Origin: a virus
Lineage: Duplodnaviria; Heunggongvirae; Uroviricota; Caudoviricetes
Strand: one strand, 5' to 3'
DNA: 64,000 bases
Virus record (IMG/VR): IMGVR_UViG_3300043467_001216
The position numbers were made by a program, and so were the translations under genes. The notes beneath the pieces are model-generated. The model worked only from the letters and a program-made list of their open reading frames with translations, ran no database searches and was not told where the DNA came from. The stretch's first letter is position 1. The number at the start of each line of letters is the position of its first letter. Of this stretch, positions 37,302-47,272 are shown piece after piece.

Positions 37302-37943
37302 ATGAAGAGATTTTTTTTAGTATTATGTTTAATGGTAAGTTTACCATTATTAGGTCAATATAAAGTTGACACAACAATTATAAACGAGGCTTACACGTCT
37401 TACGTTAATAAAGAATTGGGTCAAGCCTTATATGTTAAACACAAACTATATAAAGGTGGTGGTAAGTGTCAAAGAGCCACCAATTGGGTGAACGATACAA
37501 AACTAAAATTAGTTGATGAGAATCAATATAAAGGGACTCTATACGATAAAGGACATTTGGCTAATGCCGAGGACTTTGCTTACGACTGTCATCTTGATTC
37601 TTTAACTTTTAGAGATTATAATAGATTACCACAAACAAGAAAACTTAATAGAGGGATTTGGAAAGTAACTGAAACCCAAATTAGGAAAATGTCTCAAACA
37701 GATTCATTGATTGTTTATAGTGGTGGATATTGGGGAACACCAAATGTTGTTGTAAACGGAATGAAAATCCCTTCAATTTGTTGGAAAGTAGTTTATAGTT
37801 TATCACAAAAAAAAGTGGTTATTTGTTCAATATATTATAATAACGATAAACCTGTGAAAACTGACACTAGTTTAGAAAAACTTGAAATGATGTTAGGATA
37901 TTCATTAGGTGTTTATTCTGAAACCAAAAAAAAGAAAAAATAA
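37302..37943 (+). CDS. Secreted DNA/RNA non-specific endonuclease (His-Me finger, NucA-like)
   Basis: Signal peptide; YDKGHL, PQ..LNRGIW...E, IP...WKV. Confidence 0.88.
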   Translation: MKRFFLVLCLMVSLPLLGQYKVDTTIINEAYTSYVNKELGQALYVKHKLYKGGGKCQRATNWVNDTKLKLVDENQYKGTLYDKGHLANAEDFAYDCHLDSLTFRDYNRLPQTRKLNRGIWKVTETQIRKMSQTDSLIVYSGGYWGTPNVVVNGMKIPSICWKVVYSLSQKKVVICSIYYNNDKPVKTDTSLEKLEMMLGYSLGVYSETKKKKK

Positions 37944-37944
37944 A

Positions 37945-39180
37945 ATGAATAGTTTAGATAAACAATACACAGATTTACTTCAAACCATATTAGATTATGG
38001 GGTTGAAAAGAAAGATAGAACAGGAACGGGAACTAAATCCATTTTTGGTTATACAATCCGTCATAATATGAAAGATGGGTTTCCATTGTTAACTACTAAG
38101 AAAATGTTTTTCAAAGGAATTGTAACTGAATTGTTATGGTTCTTACGTGGTGATACAAACATCAAATTCCTTGTTGATAATGATTGTCATATTTGGGATG
38201 GTGATTGTTTTGCTAACTACATAAAACATAATCCAAACGCAGATGAACAAATGATTAGTGATGCTAGTCATATGGTAAATATAAAAGAATGGTTCATCAA
38301 CAAAATCAAAACAGATACAGAGTTTGCTAAGAAGTGGGGTGAATTAGGTCCCGTGTATGGTAAGCAATGGAGAAGATGGACTAAAAAGAAAATGTATTTA
38401 TCTACGGATGGTTCATATGAAAAAATCTTTGATGAAATGGACCAAACAGTTATTGACCAAATCTCTATCTTAATCAACGAACTTAAAACAAACCCAGACT
38501 CAAGACGATTGATGGTTAATGCGTGGAATGTAGGTGAATTGGACCAAATGACTTTACCACCTTGTCATTATGGATTTCAAGTTTATACTAGAGAGTTGAG
38601 TGATGAGGAAAGAATTAAGTTATTTGTTAAACTGCATAACCCAAAAGGATATGAAGATGAGAAAATAACTAATACAGTTCAAGAGATATTAACTATGAAC
38701 AATATTCCTAAACGAGCAATCTCTTTAATGTGGAATCAACGTTCTGTAGATACATTCTTAGGTTTACCATTCAACATTGCATCATATGGTTTATTACTTG
38801 AAATCATAGCTAAAGCTGTTAATATGGTTCCCGACCAATTAATCGGAAACTTAGGTGATACTCACTTATACTTAGACCATATTGAACAAGCCAAAGAACA
38901 GATTGGTAGAGAGTTAAGGGTTGATGAAAGAGTTTGTATGTGTTATGAAAACCATAAATTGGATTTAAGTAAATTACAAGAAGGTATGAGTGATGATGAA
39001 TTCACAAAAGTATGTGATGAGTTCGGTATCCCAACACGAACAAGAGTTCCATTTGAATTACCTAAATTGGATATTCACCCTGGTATTTTAGATTATGATT
39101 TAGATAAATTAGAAATAGATATGTTTACTATTAAAAATTACCAATCACATCCAACAATTAAAGCCCCACTGTCAAACTAA
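37945..39180 (+). CDS. thyA: Thymidylate synthase (with insertions)
   Basis: DRTGTGT, ELLWFLRG, LGPVYGKQW, LPPCH, QRSVDTFLGLPFN, GDTHLY; start moved to ATG 37945. Confidence 0.97.
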   Translation: MNSLDKQYTDLLQTILDYGVEKKDRTGTGTKSIFGYTIRHNMKDGFPLLTTKKMFFKGIVTELLWFLRGDTNIKFLVDNDCHIWDGDCFANYIKHNPNADEQMISDASHMVNIKEWFINKIKTDTEFAKKWGELGPVYGKQWRRWTKKKMYLSTDGSYEKIFDEMDQTVIDQISILINELKTNPDSRRLMVNAWNVGELDQMTLPPCHYGFQVYTRELSDEERIKLFVKLHNPKGYEDEKITNTVQEILTMNNIPKRAISLMWNQRSVDTFLGLPFNIASYGLLLEIIAKAVNMVPDQLIGNLGDTHLYLDHIEQAKEQIGRELRVDERVCMCYENHKLDLSKLQEGMSDDEFTKVCDEFGIPTRTRVPFELPKLDIHPGILDYDLDKLEIDMFTIKNYQSHPTIKAPLSN

Positions 39181-40011
39181 ATGAAGTTTTTAATTAACAT
39201 ATTTAAGAATAATAAATCTTCTCTACTGATAATATATGTTTATATGTTAGTAGCACATTCTATTTTTTTATGTGAACCATACATTATTGGTAAAACAATT
39301 GATGGTTTAATCCATAAAGATTATATGTGGGTATACGTGTTAATATCTGTTGAGATTTTTGCGAATTTTTTCATATACAGAAGAATGGTCTTTGATACCA
39401 AAGTTTATAGTAAAATTTATAATAATTTGGTTATTGAATATCTTGAGTCAGATAAAACATCTGACAAATCTTCAAGAAATGCAAGAACTGAAATGGCTCA
39501 AAACATAATTAATTTTATGGAGAACGATGTTCAATATATCATAATGTCATTTGTGTCAATTATTGGTTCTTTGTTTTTTATATTGTTTGAACATATATTA
39601 ACAGGGTTTATTGTTTTTTTCGCATTCATTCCGATTAGTTTTGTTGTTTATTTTTTGTATAAAAAGATTGCTCAAGGGATTAGGGTTAGTAATTCACACT
39701 ATGAACGTAAAATTGATGTTATTAATAGTGAAGATGAACAGAGTATTAATCAGTTCTTAAAACGAAGAAGAGACTTAGTTATATTCAATTCAACATTACA
39801 AGCCAAAAATTGGGTATCAATGAATGTTATTAAGGGGTCTTTTTTAATAATTTGTTTAATTGTGTTTACACATAGTAAAACGAATTTAAGTCAAGGACAA
39901 GCTATAGCAATGTTTTCATATATTAATCAATTTTTAATATCATTAATGTCTATTCCAATCGCGGTTGAAATATGTTCAAGAATAAAAGACATAATTAAAA
40001 GAATTAGTTAA
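39181..40011 (+). CDS. ABC-transporter-like six-TM membrane domain protein
   Basis: Multi-TM; PYIIGKTIDGL, RRMVFDTKVY, INFMEND pattern; no ATPase gene nearby. Confidence 0.65.
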   Translation: MKFLINIFKNNKSSLLIIYVYMLVAHSIFLCEPYIIGKTIDGLIHKDYMWVYVLISVEIFANFFIYRRMVFDTKVYSKIYNNLVIEYLESDKTSDKSSRNARTEMAQNIINFMENDVQYIIMSFVSIIGSLFFILFEHILTGFIVFFAFIPISFVVYFLYKKIAQGIRVSNSHYERKIDVINSEDEQSINQFLKRRRDLVIFNSTLQAKNWVSMNVIKGSFLIICLIVFTHSKTNLSQGQAIAMFSYINQFLISLMSIPIAVEICSRIKDIIKRIS

Positions 40012-40034
40012 ATTAATTTCTTATATTTGAATAT

Positions 40035-40268
40035 ATGAAGACGAGGATTCACGTTAATCAACATCATATCAGGTCAAATAAGACAAAAGATACCGATTTA
40101 CCGGTAATAACGATAAAACAAGGACGTAAGAACACGTATTGTAATGAAGTTGAGATACTTGGTCCAAGTAAGATAATATATTGTGGTAGTGGGGATAAAA
40201 AACCCATATTAAGTTGTGGTGCAAGAGTGGTAATAGAAACAGAAAGTGAAATCAAAATAATAAGTTAA
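40035..40268 (+). CDS. Conserved phage hypothetical protein
   Basis: IHVNQH..R.N, PVITIK, LSCGARV.IET; TATATTTG at 40022-40029. Confidence 0.8.
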   Translation: MKTRIHVNQHHIRSNKTKDTDLPVITIKQGRKNTYCNEVEILGPSKIIYCGSGDKKPILSCGARVVIETESEIKIIS

Positions 40269-40271
40269 ACT

Positions 40272-40568
40272 ATGAAGAAGAAAGAAGTAAGTTTGTTGAA
40301 AAAGAAATTCCCAAGTATTGAATTGTTGAATTCAGAGGGCCCTATTTTAAAAACGTTTAAAACACAAGATGGTTATATGATGATTGACGAACATCAAGAG
40401 TTAATAGCAATCTTAAACGACAAAAACATATACAATTATGTTAGTGGGAAACTTAGTTTAATTGATTCCGAAGGTAGAGATTTAAAATACGATATTTACC
40501 CAATTAGTATGAAACCTGAGTTAGGTAAGATATGTGAGTTTTTAGGTATTGACGGTTTAATTTTTTAA
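40272..40568 (+). CDS. Hypothetical protein
   Basis: Operonic ORF. Confidence 0.7.
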   Translation: MKKKEVSLLKKKFPSIELLNSEGPILKTFKTQDGYMMIDEHQELIAILNDKNIYNYVSGKLSLIDSEGRDLKYDIYPISMKPELGKICEFLGIDGLIF

Positions 40569-40569
40569 T

Positions 40570-41124
40570 ATGAAGTTGTTAATTTTTTTATTGTTGATTA
40601 GTTCGACAATTTTTTCGCAAGATGTTGTGTATGAAAGATTTTATAAATACAGTTATAACGTTAATAATACTATTATAACAACTAGTGATTATGAAGTGGA
40701 ATCTGAGGAAGCTTTTGAATGTCTCCAAAATGGTAATTATATTCAAATAACAACTGATATAAATATAAATTTTTATTTGTCAGACACATTAACTAATTTA
40801 TTTGTTAAAGGTAAAAGTGTTAACAAAAAATTAGTTATGAAAACATTAAGTTATATGGTAAATAACATAACTATTGATTCTACAACTAATTTGTTTTATA
40901 AAGAAGTTGAGAACACTTGTTATAGTTGTAAACATTCAATTATTACAGAATTATTATCCGATTGTGAGTTAGTTAAACGATTTAATAATGATGGTGTTAC
41001 TAAAATTGTTGTGACATACGTTCAATTAAAAAGTAAAAGTGGACGATATGGTTGTATATATGTTGTTATCCACAAAAGATTTCGTAAGGATGAACAATTT
41101 CTTTATATTGATGATATGAAATAA
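40570..41124 (+). CDS. Secreted hypothetical protein
   Basis: MKLLIFLLLISSTIFSQ signal. Confidence 0.75.
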   Translation: MKLLIFLLLISSTIFSQDVVYERFYKYSYNVNNTIITTSDYEVESEEAFECLQNGNYIQITTDININFYLSDTLTNLFVKGKSVNKKLVMKTLSYMVNNITIDSTTNLFYKEVENTCYSCKHSIITELLSDCELVKRFNNDGVTKIVVTYVQLKSKSGRYGCIYVVIHKRFRKDEQFLYIDDMK

Positions 41125-41135
41125 AAAAACCCCCA

Positions 41136-42245
41136 TTATTTTTGGGGGTTTGTTTTATTATATATTTTTCTTATTATATCACCTGTTTCTGAATCTTCTT
41201 TAGCGATTGAATAGAGTTTACCAATTTTTTTAATCATATAATTACCAACCCTGTTTAGATGTTTAACTTGTTGTTTAAAATATTCTGAGGGGTTATCTTG
41301 ATATTTCGTTAATTCTTCAAAATACTTCTCCATAAATTCATTGCTTTTATCATCAATACCCTGCAATTTAGATAACATTACCTCAAAAAAATCTTTTACG
41401 TAACCTGTCATAGTATCTAATTTAATTTGAGACATACTTACATAGACCCCCCTTAACACATTATTAGGGTTAATAGAGTCATCATCAAGTTCGGTGACAA
41501 TATCGTTAATAAGTTTTTCATAAGTAAATTCTCTCATCTTTTTAAATTCAATATAAGTTTCTTCTTCTAATAAAAAATTAAGAAAATTAGTTTTATTAAC
41601 ACCATCTAAAGTCATTTTAGAATAAACTTCACTTGGTTTAACTAAAAGTTCAGTTTCAGTTGCCAAGTATAACAAATGTAGAAAGTCTTGAATGGATTTA
41701 AGATTATACCTATTAGCTCTAGTAATTCCCAGATAATGAGAAAAATCTTTTAAACTTTCTTTAGGTTTAACGTAGAAATCATATGCGTGTTTTAATTCGT
41801 GAGTTAAACTTGAAATGATTTGTCTTGAATTTGAAGTATAATAACCAATGATTTTTGAAAAATAAGTAGTTTGAACATCAGCATCAGGATAACCAAATGA
41901 TAATCTAATATATAATTCTTTAGGGTCGTTATTATTAACTAAAATCCAACGTTTTCTGTCAACACTCGGACGGGGATTATAACCCGCAGACATTAGAACA
42001 ACTTTATTATGATTCAATTCAACAAAATCAAGAATTAAATTAACATCAGTTATAGTTAATTGATTATTTTCATTACCAATAACTAAATTTGTGTTAAAAT
42101 CAATCACTTCATTTATCTCATTGGTAATTTCAGTTGAGCTATCAACTTTTTGTAAACTATTTAAAATATCATAATATAATTTTTCACCGGCTTTCTCAAT
42201 GTCTTTTGGAACTCCGACTTCTTCTTTCATTACATACTTTCTCAT
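41136..42245 (-). CDS. Putative zinc metallopeptidase
   Basis: LTHELKHAYD (HExxH). Confidence 0.65.
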   Translation of the reverse strand: MRKYVMKEEVGVPKDIEKAGEKLYYDILNSLQKVDSSTEITNEINEVIDFNTNLVIGNENNQLTITDVNLILDFVELNHNKVVLMSAGYNPRPSVDRKRWILVNNNDPKELYIRLSFGYPDADVQTTYFSKIIGYYTSNSRQIISSLTHELKHAYDFYVKPKESLKDFSHYLGITRANRYNLKSIQDFLHLLYLATETELLVKPSEVYSKMTLDGVNKTNFLNFLLEEETYIEFKKMREFTYEKLINDIVTELDDDSINPNNVLRGVYVSMSQIKLDTMTGYVKDFFEVMLSKLQGIDDKSNEFMEKYFEELTKYQDNPSEYFKQQVKHLNRVGNYMIKKIGKLYSIAKEDSETGDIIRKIYNKTNPQK

Positions 42246-43054
42246 TATGCTAAATTTAAATTAGGGTCAGTTAATACCGCGGCAACTTTTTCTTGTCTAA
42301 TTAATCCGGTATTTTTTCTATCAGCAATTGCTTGTTTTAATAATTCTTTATCAGACTTACCATCTTTAACCGCATTATTTAAACTTTTTGCGAATTTTTG
42401 GAAAAACCCAGGACCATTCCAACTTGCATATGAAAAGTGCATTAATAATCGGTCATTACTTTCAACACGTTTTTTAAGTTCAGGTGAAAAGTAATTACCC
42501 GCATTTCTATCATAACTTTGTTTCATTATCTTAGCCGCCAATGTCTTTAACTTATCTTCTAAATCACCACCTCTATAAAGCCATTTCCATTTTTTACAGA
42601 ATTTATCCATACCAAGGTCTTTTTTCTGTTTATCTATTAGTCTGAAAAATTCTTTACCTTCAGGTGTTTTTTCAATAGTACCATTGTATCTGTCAAGACC
42701 AAACATAGTTTCAGTTGAAGCTCCCATACTACCTTCAGGGTGATTAGTACAAATACCTAACTTACTTGTTTTTTTGTTATTAGGTGTTGACCCATTCCAA
42801 TAACCACCTTCAAACTTATCAATAACTTTTTTGGTTACTTTCATCCATTTAGAATCAACTGACCCTGTAGACTTTGTATCCAAATAGTCGTCATTTGATG
42901 TACTATCATCGGATGATTCATCATCTTTTTTTTCAGTAGTTTTTGATTTGTTAGCAAATAAATTCATTAACGCTTCAACGTAATTCTCATTGATATTATA
43001 TTGATTTTTTATCTGTTGTTTTTCTGATTCAGTGATTACAATTCTATTCTTCAT
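42245..43054 (-). CDS. Leader-tagged putative lysozyme-like protein (GH108-like)
   Basis: MKNRIVITESEK; FEGGY...ETMFGLD. Confidence 0.5.
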   Translation of the reverse strand: MKNRIVITESEKQQIKNQYNINENYVEALMNLFANKSKTTEKKDDESSDDSTSNDDYLDTKSTGSVDSKWMKVTKKVIDKFEGGYWNGSTPNNKKTSKLGICTNHPEGSMGASTETMFGLDRYNGTIEKTPEGKEFFRLIDKQKKDLGMDKFCKKWKWLYRGGDLEDKLKTLAAKIMKQSYDRNAGNYFSPELKKRVESNDRLLMHFSYASWNGPGFFQKFAKSLNNAVKDGKSDKELLKQAIADRKNTGLIRQEKVAAVLTDPNLNLA

Positions 43055-43062
43055 TTTTATTG

Positions 43063-43078
43063 TATTTATATATAAATA
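43063..43078. promoter_or_regulatory. Palindromic bidirectional TATTTATA promoter pair
   Basis: TATTTATATATAAATA between divergent genes 43054(-) and 43089(+). Confidence 0.7.
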
Positions 43079-43088
43079 TTAAAAAACA

Positions 43089-43475
43089 ATGAAATTAACT
43101 GTAGTACATAATAATTCAGGAATTAATAAAAAAAAACATAAAATGTTTGATAAGTTTTTCAAACTACTACAAAAAAAATTCCCACTAAAAGATGATTTAA
43201 AAATTGAGTTTTTAGGTGTAAGAAAAGATAAGATGACAACAGGTAGTCGATTACCTAATTATATCAAAGTGTTATGTCAAAATAGAATGACTCGTGATAT
43301 TTTTAGAACAATTGCTCACGAATGGGTTCACGAACACCAACATAGTATTGAAAAAAGAGAAATTGGTCCTGATATCGGAGGTAAAAATGAAGATGAAGCT
43401 AACGCTTATGCTGGTCAATTAGTTAAAATGTTTGAAAAGAAATATCCCGAATACGTAGAAAATATGTATGAATAA
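43089..43475 (+). CDS. Small HExxH metallopeptidase-like protein
   Basis: RTIAHEWVHEHQ...EDEANA. Confidence 0.7.
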   Translation: MKLTVVHNNSGINKKKHKMFDKFFKLLQKKFPLKDDLKIEFLGVRKDKMTTGSRLPNYIKVLCQNRMTRDIFRTIAHEWVHEHQHSIEKREIGPDIGGKNEDEANAYAGQLVKMFEKKYPEYVENMYE

Positions 43476-43503
43476 AAAACCCCCCAATTAAGGGGGTTTT
43501 TTT
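43474..43503. terminator. Bidirectional terminator (near copy at 47246-47272)
   Basis: A-run CCCCC aatta GGGGG T-run between convergent genes. Confidence 0.85.
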
Positions 43504-43930
43504 ATTTAATCTCAACTAATTCAAGTTCAAAAATTAAATCTTTACCAGCTAATGGGTGATTAGCGTCAACTGTAATATTGTCTTCAGTTACTTCGGTAAC
43601 AAGAACGTTAATTGGTTGACCGTTTGGTCCCATCGCTTGTAAGTGTTCACCAGCTTGAACACCTACAGGAACTTGTTCTTTAGGTACAACACTAATCAAT
43701 TGTTCCATAACTTGCCCGTAAGCGTTATCAGATTCAATTTCAACTGTTTTTTTCTCACCAACTGTCATTCCGTATAAACCATCAACAAATCCTTGGATTA
43801 ATGGGGTTTCACCTAAAACAACTTCAAGTGGTTCACGACCTTCGTTTAATGATGAATCAAAAATAGTCCCATCGTGTAATTTACCTGTGTAGTGAACCTT
43901 AATAGTATCACCTGTTTCAACTTTTTTCAT
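43502..43930 (-). CDS. FKBP-type peptidyl-prolyl isomerase (SlyD/FkpB-like)
   Basis: VHYTGKL.DG.IFDSS, AYG, VDANHPLAGKDLIF. Confidence 0.95.
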   Translation of the reverse strand: MKKVETGDTIKVHYTGKLHDGTIFDSSLNEGREPLEVVLGETPLIQGFVDGLYGMTVGEKKTVEIESDNAYGQVMEQLISVVPKEQVPVGVQAGEHLQAMGPNGQPINVLVTEVTEDNITVDANHPLAGKDLIFELELVEIK

Positions 43931-43975
43931 ATTATTTAAGATTTTATATAAGTATAATTATAGATTTTAGAATAA

Positions 43976-44248
43976 TCAAATGTCCATTGATGATATAACC
44001 ATTATTTTTTGTTTATAACCTGTCAATCTCCAACATTTACCTAATATAAAGTCCATACCATCCCTCAATAGTTCGTTTAAGTCCTCCAAAGTGGTGTCCC
44101 CAACGATTAATTTACAGTCAATAACAAATAATTTATCATTTGTAGAATACTTAAACGAATTAATCATTACCTTTGACCCCACACCGTATAAGAGTTCAAG
44201 GTCACACTTAAATTTATGATTAATTAAATATTCTAGAAACGTAATCAT
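43976..44248 (-). CDS. Hypothetical protein
   Basis: ORF. Confidence 0.65.
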   Translation of the reverse strand: MITFLEYLINHKFKCDLELLYGVGSKVMINSFKYSTNDKLFVIDCKLIVGDTTLEDLNELLRDGMDFILGKCWRLTGYKQKIMVISSMDI

Positions 44249-44289
44249 AATAGAATTATATTTATATTTGATATATAATAAATAGAATT

Positions 44290-44667
44290 ATGGGAAGATT
44301 AATATTAACCGAGGAAGAAAAGAAAAACATAAAAGATATGTATTCAGATGTTAAATCAAGTAACAAAGTGATGTCATATTTGAAAAGAAACTTCCAATTC
44401 TTTAGACCTGTCGATGAAATGGGGTTAAATGATGAAGAAAAGCAAAAACGTATCGAAGAATTACCATTTTTAGGGGATTTAGTAAAAATTGTGATTGACG
44501 ATAAAAGTTATATATTAACTAATCAGAAAAAATACATAAAAAAACGTATTTTTAACATGGTTGAGGATGATATTGATAGAATTGACCCTGATGCGACAAA
44601 GGTGGTTGTATTAAAGACAATAAAAGACTACATTGATAATATATTGGTGAAATATAACTTAAAATAG
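44290..44667 (+). CDS. Leader-tagged hypothetical protein
   Basis: MGRLILTEEEKKNIKDMY; TATTTATA at 44259-44266. Confidence 0.85.
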   Translation: MGRLILTEEEKKNIKDMYSDVKSSNKVMSYLKRNFQFFRPVDEMGLNDEEKQKRIEELPFLGDLVKIVIDDKSYILTNQKKYIKKRIFNMVEDDIDRIDPDATKVVVLKTIKDYIDNILVKYNLK

Positions 44668-44691
44668 TGTTAACAATTTAAAATAAACAAA

Positions 44692-44922
44692 ATGGATAAG
44701 GTTTTCTTTAAAAGTGAGTATGATTGGGTGGTAGATGTATTATCTTCTTGTAAGACATTAGACCAAATTAAGGTATCTCGTAATTTATTTAACAGATTGG
44801 TTGAGAAGTGGAAAAAAACTGACATTTCTGTTGATTTTTCTAAAATTGAGGTATCTTATACTAAGATTGAAAAGGTTATTTTAAGTAAAACAAGAAAAAA
44901 AGTTAGCTCAATGAGTTATTGA
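44692..44922 (+). CDS. Hypothetical protein
   Basis: WVVDVLSSCKTLDQ. Confidence 0.7.
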   Translation: MDKVFFKSEYDWVVDVLSSCKTLDQIKVSRNLFNRLVEKWKKTDISVDFSKIEVSYTKIEKVILSKTRKKVSSMSY

Positions 44923-44954
44923 AGTTGATTTTTTGAGATTTAGTGAGTATTTAT

Positions 44955-45024
44955 TATTACTATCTCTCTCATCACGAGAGCCACTATATATCTTCAAAAG
45001 GGAATTTTCGGATTCCCTTTTTTT
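44955..45024 (+). ncRNA. Candidate ~65-nt small RNA
   Basis: TATTTAT at 44948, CTCTC-atcac-GAGAG hairpin, then terminator; no ATG ORF between them. Confidence 0.35.
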
Positions 45025-45052
45025 ATTGGAAAAAACTCTGTATATTTGTCCT

Positions 45053-45244
45053 ATGAAGATTATAAACGAATATTTGATTGTAAACCCAGTAACGGGTGAG
45101 GTTGAGAAATACGTTGAACTTGAGGGTGAGGTGTTTTTTAAGGTTAGTCTTGTTAAATACTATTGGGTGAATAAGGATACGTTTTATGAGAGATATGATG
45201 AAACTAAAAAAACTTTTGAGGAATGGAAAGAGACGATAAAATAA
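45053..45244 (+). CDS. Hypothetical protein
   Basis: Start moved to ATG 45053 after TATATTTG at 45041-45048. Confidence 0.65.
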   Translation: MKIINEYLIVNPVTGEVEKYVELEGEVFFKVSLVKYYWVNKDTFYERYDETKKTFEEWKETIK

Positions 45245-45837
45245 CAGTATTTGAAAAAATAAGATTGTGGTGGAAATTTGATGGTAGATACTGGCACAAA
45301 AATTTCATTGAAGGAGTTAAAAACCTTTGGAAATGGTTTCCTGTGATATGGAGAGACCGTGATTGGGACCACTCTTTCATATATGAACTTATCAAAGTTA
45401 AATTAAACAACCAAGCGGATTATATTGGTGGTCACAATAGACACACAAGAGCTAAACGAGATGCTGAATTAATGAGATTAACTTCTCGTTTAATCCAACG
45501 TTGTCAAGATGACCACTACGATATGGAATATATGGACTATCACGAATCTAACTTTAATTGGTTAGACATTACTGATGAAGATGATATCCCTGAAAAATAT
45601 AAAGATTCCAAAAGATTAGAGGTTGATTTGATTTCTGAGAATTTTGACGACTACTTCAAAAAATACCCACGTCAATACAAACGTGTAATGTCAGGTGAAG
45701 TTAGTAGATTCAATAGACCTATTGAAGAAAAAGACAAACAACTAATTGCAATGGAGATTGCTCACGAGAATCAAGATAGATGTCGTAAATTAGTATTCAA
45801 AATAATGGAAAGGAGAATTGAGGGATGGTGGGATTAG
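45223..45837 (+). CDS. Conserved phage hypothetical protein
   Basis: WFPVIWRDRDWD...IEGWWD. Confidence 0.85.
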   Translation: MERDDKITVFEKIRLWWKFDGRYWHKNFIEGVKNLWKWFPVIWRDRDWDHSFIYELIKVKLNNQADYIGGHNRHTRAKRDAELMRLTSRLIQRCQDDHYDMEYMDYHESNFNWLDITDEDDIPEKYKDSKRLEVDLISENFDDYFKKYPRQYKRVMSGEVSRFNRPIEEKDKQLIAMEIAHENQDRCRKLVFKIMERRIEGWWD

Positions 45838-46016
45838 TGATAAACACACCCAATGGTGAGGGTGAACTAACAAAAATATACTTGAGTGAATTGGGTTATT
45901 TGATGGTGAAAGTTGAAAACGATAATAAAACTTTCACCACATATAATCTTGGTAAACCAAAGGATGGATTGAGTATAGATGATTTAATAATATATTTAAC
46001 TAAGAACAATGACTGA
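45825..46016 (+). CDS. Hypothetical protein
   Basis: TPNGEG...IYLSELGYLM; start uncertain. Confidence 0.65.
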   Translation: MVGLVINTPNGEGELTKIYLSELGYLMVKVENDNKTFTTYNLGKPKDGLSIDDLIIYLTKNND

Positions 46017-46509
46017 GAAATATAACAGAATTTACAGAATGATATCATCATTCAATGATGAGGAAAGTGATTCAGGAATAAAAAATTTAACTGATGTTGA
46101 ATTAGAAAAAATTCATCAATTAGTTGATAGTGAAGTCATTATTGATTTAAAATATAACGGTAAGGTTTGTCATTGGAGAGAAGGTGATTTGAATTACAAT
46201 GTTTTATATTTAACAGAATCACAAATTGAGTTCATAAAATTAATTGATAAAAAACTTCACGAAGGTTTGAGTGGGTATACTCTAATTGACGACATTACTG
46301 AAGATGTTTTATATGATAGATTTGATACTTCAGTGTTTGGATTTTTTGAATTTGAAATGAAATTTGATTTTTTTAAATATCGTCAAGAAAATCTAACAAA
46401 AGATGATGTCTTAGATAAGATATTAAAATACGGTAAAGAAACATTATCAGAAAATGATAAATTATTATTAGAAGATAAACAAATGATATCACCGATAGAT
46501 GAAATTTGA
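46009..46509 (+). CDS. Hypothetical protein with C-terminal DUF6576-like motif
   Basis: DDVLDKILKYGKETLSENDKLLL. Confidence 0.75.
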   Translation: MTEKYNRIYRMISSFNDEESDSGIKNLTDVELEKIHQLVDSEVIIDLKYNGKVCHWREGDLNYNVLYLTESQIEFIKLIDKKLHEGLSGYTLIDDITEDVLYDRFDTSVFGFFEFEMKFDFFKYRQENLTKDDVLDKILKYGKETLSENDKLLLEDKQMISPIDEI

Positions 46510-46533
46510 TTATATTTGTAAAAAACAAAAGAT

Positions 46534-47247
46534 ATGACTTACGATTTAACATTAATAAGCGACACACACAACAAACACAAACACGTTCACAATCCAAAGT
46601 CAGGATTAGGTGATTTAAAAGGTGGTGACATATTGTTACACGCAGGTGATATCTCATCTATGGGGTACGAACACGAAATAACTGAATTCGCATCTTGGTT
46701 TGATAAATTAGATTACGCTCACAAAATATTCATAGCTGGTAACCACGATTGGGGTTTCCAAAACAACGCTGAGAAAGTGAATGGTATATTGACAGGTTAC
46801 AAAACTATCAATTACATACAAGACGAATTAATAACTATCCAAGATGGTGATAAACCTGAAGTGAAAATATGGGGAAGTCCTTGGCAACCTGAATTCTACG
46901 ATTGGGCATTTAACTTACCAAAAAATGGACCTGGGTTAATGTCAAAATGGGAAATGATACCTGAAGATGTGGATATCTTAATCACTCACGGACCAGCTTG
47001 GGGTTTATTAGATGATGTTGAAGGTAGAAGAGGAGACCACTTAGGTTGTGAATTGTTGGCTGAAAGAATAAAATCTATCAAACCAAAAATACACGTATGT
47101 GGTCACATCCACACAGGTCACGGTCACTACTTCGACGGACACACTCACTACTTCAATGCTTCATTGTTGAATGAAAGATACTTATACTCTCAAACACCTT
47201 GGAAAGTAGAATGGAATCCTATCACTAATGAAATAGTGTTCAAATAA
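46534..47247 (+). CDS. Calcineurin-like metallophosphoesterase
   Basis: SDTH, HAGD, AGNHD, THGP, GHIH; TATATTTG at 46511-46518. Confidence 0.93.
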   Translation: MTYDLTLISDTHNKHKHVHNPKSGLGDLKGGDILLHAGDISSMGYEHEITEFASWFDKLDYAHKIFIAGNHDWGFQNNAEKVNGILTGYKTINYIQDELITIQDGDKPEVKIWGSPWQPEFYDWAFNLPKNGPGLMSKWEMIPEDVDILITHGPAWGLLDDVEGRRGDHLGCELLAERIKSIKPKIHVCGHIHTGHGHYFDGHTHYFNASLLNERYLYSQTPWKVEWNPITNEIVFK

Positions 47248-47272
47248 AAAACCCCCAATTAAGGGGGTTTTA

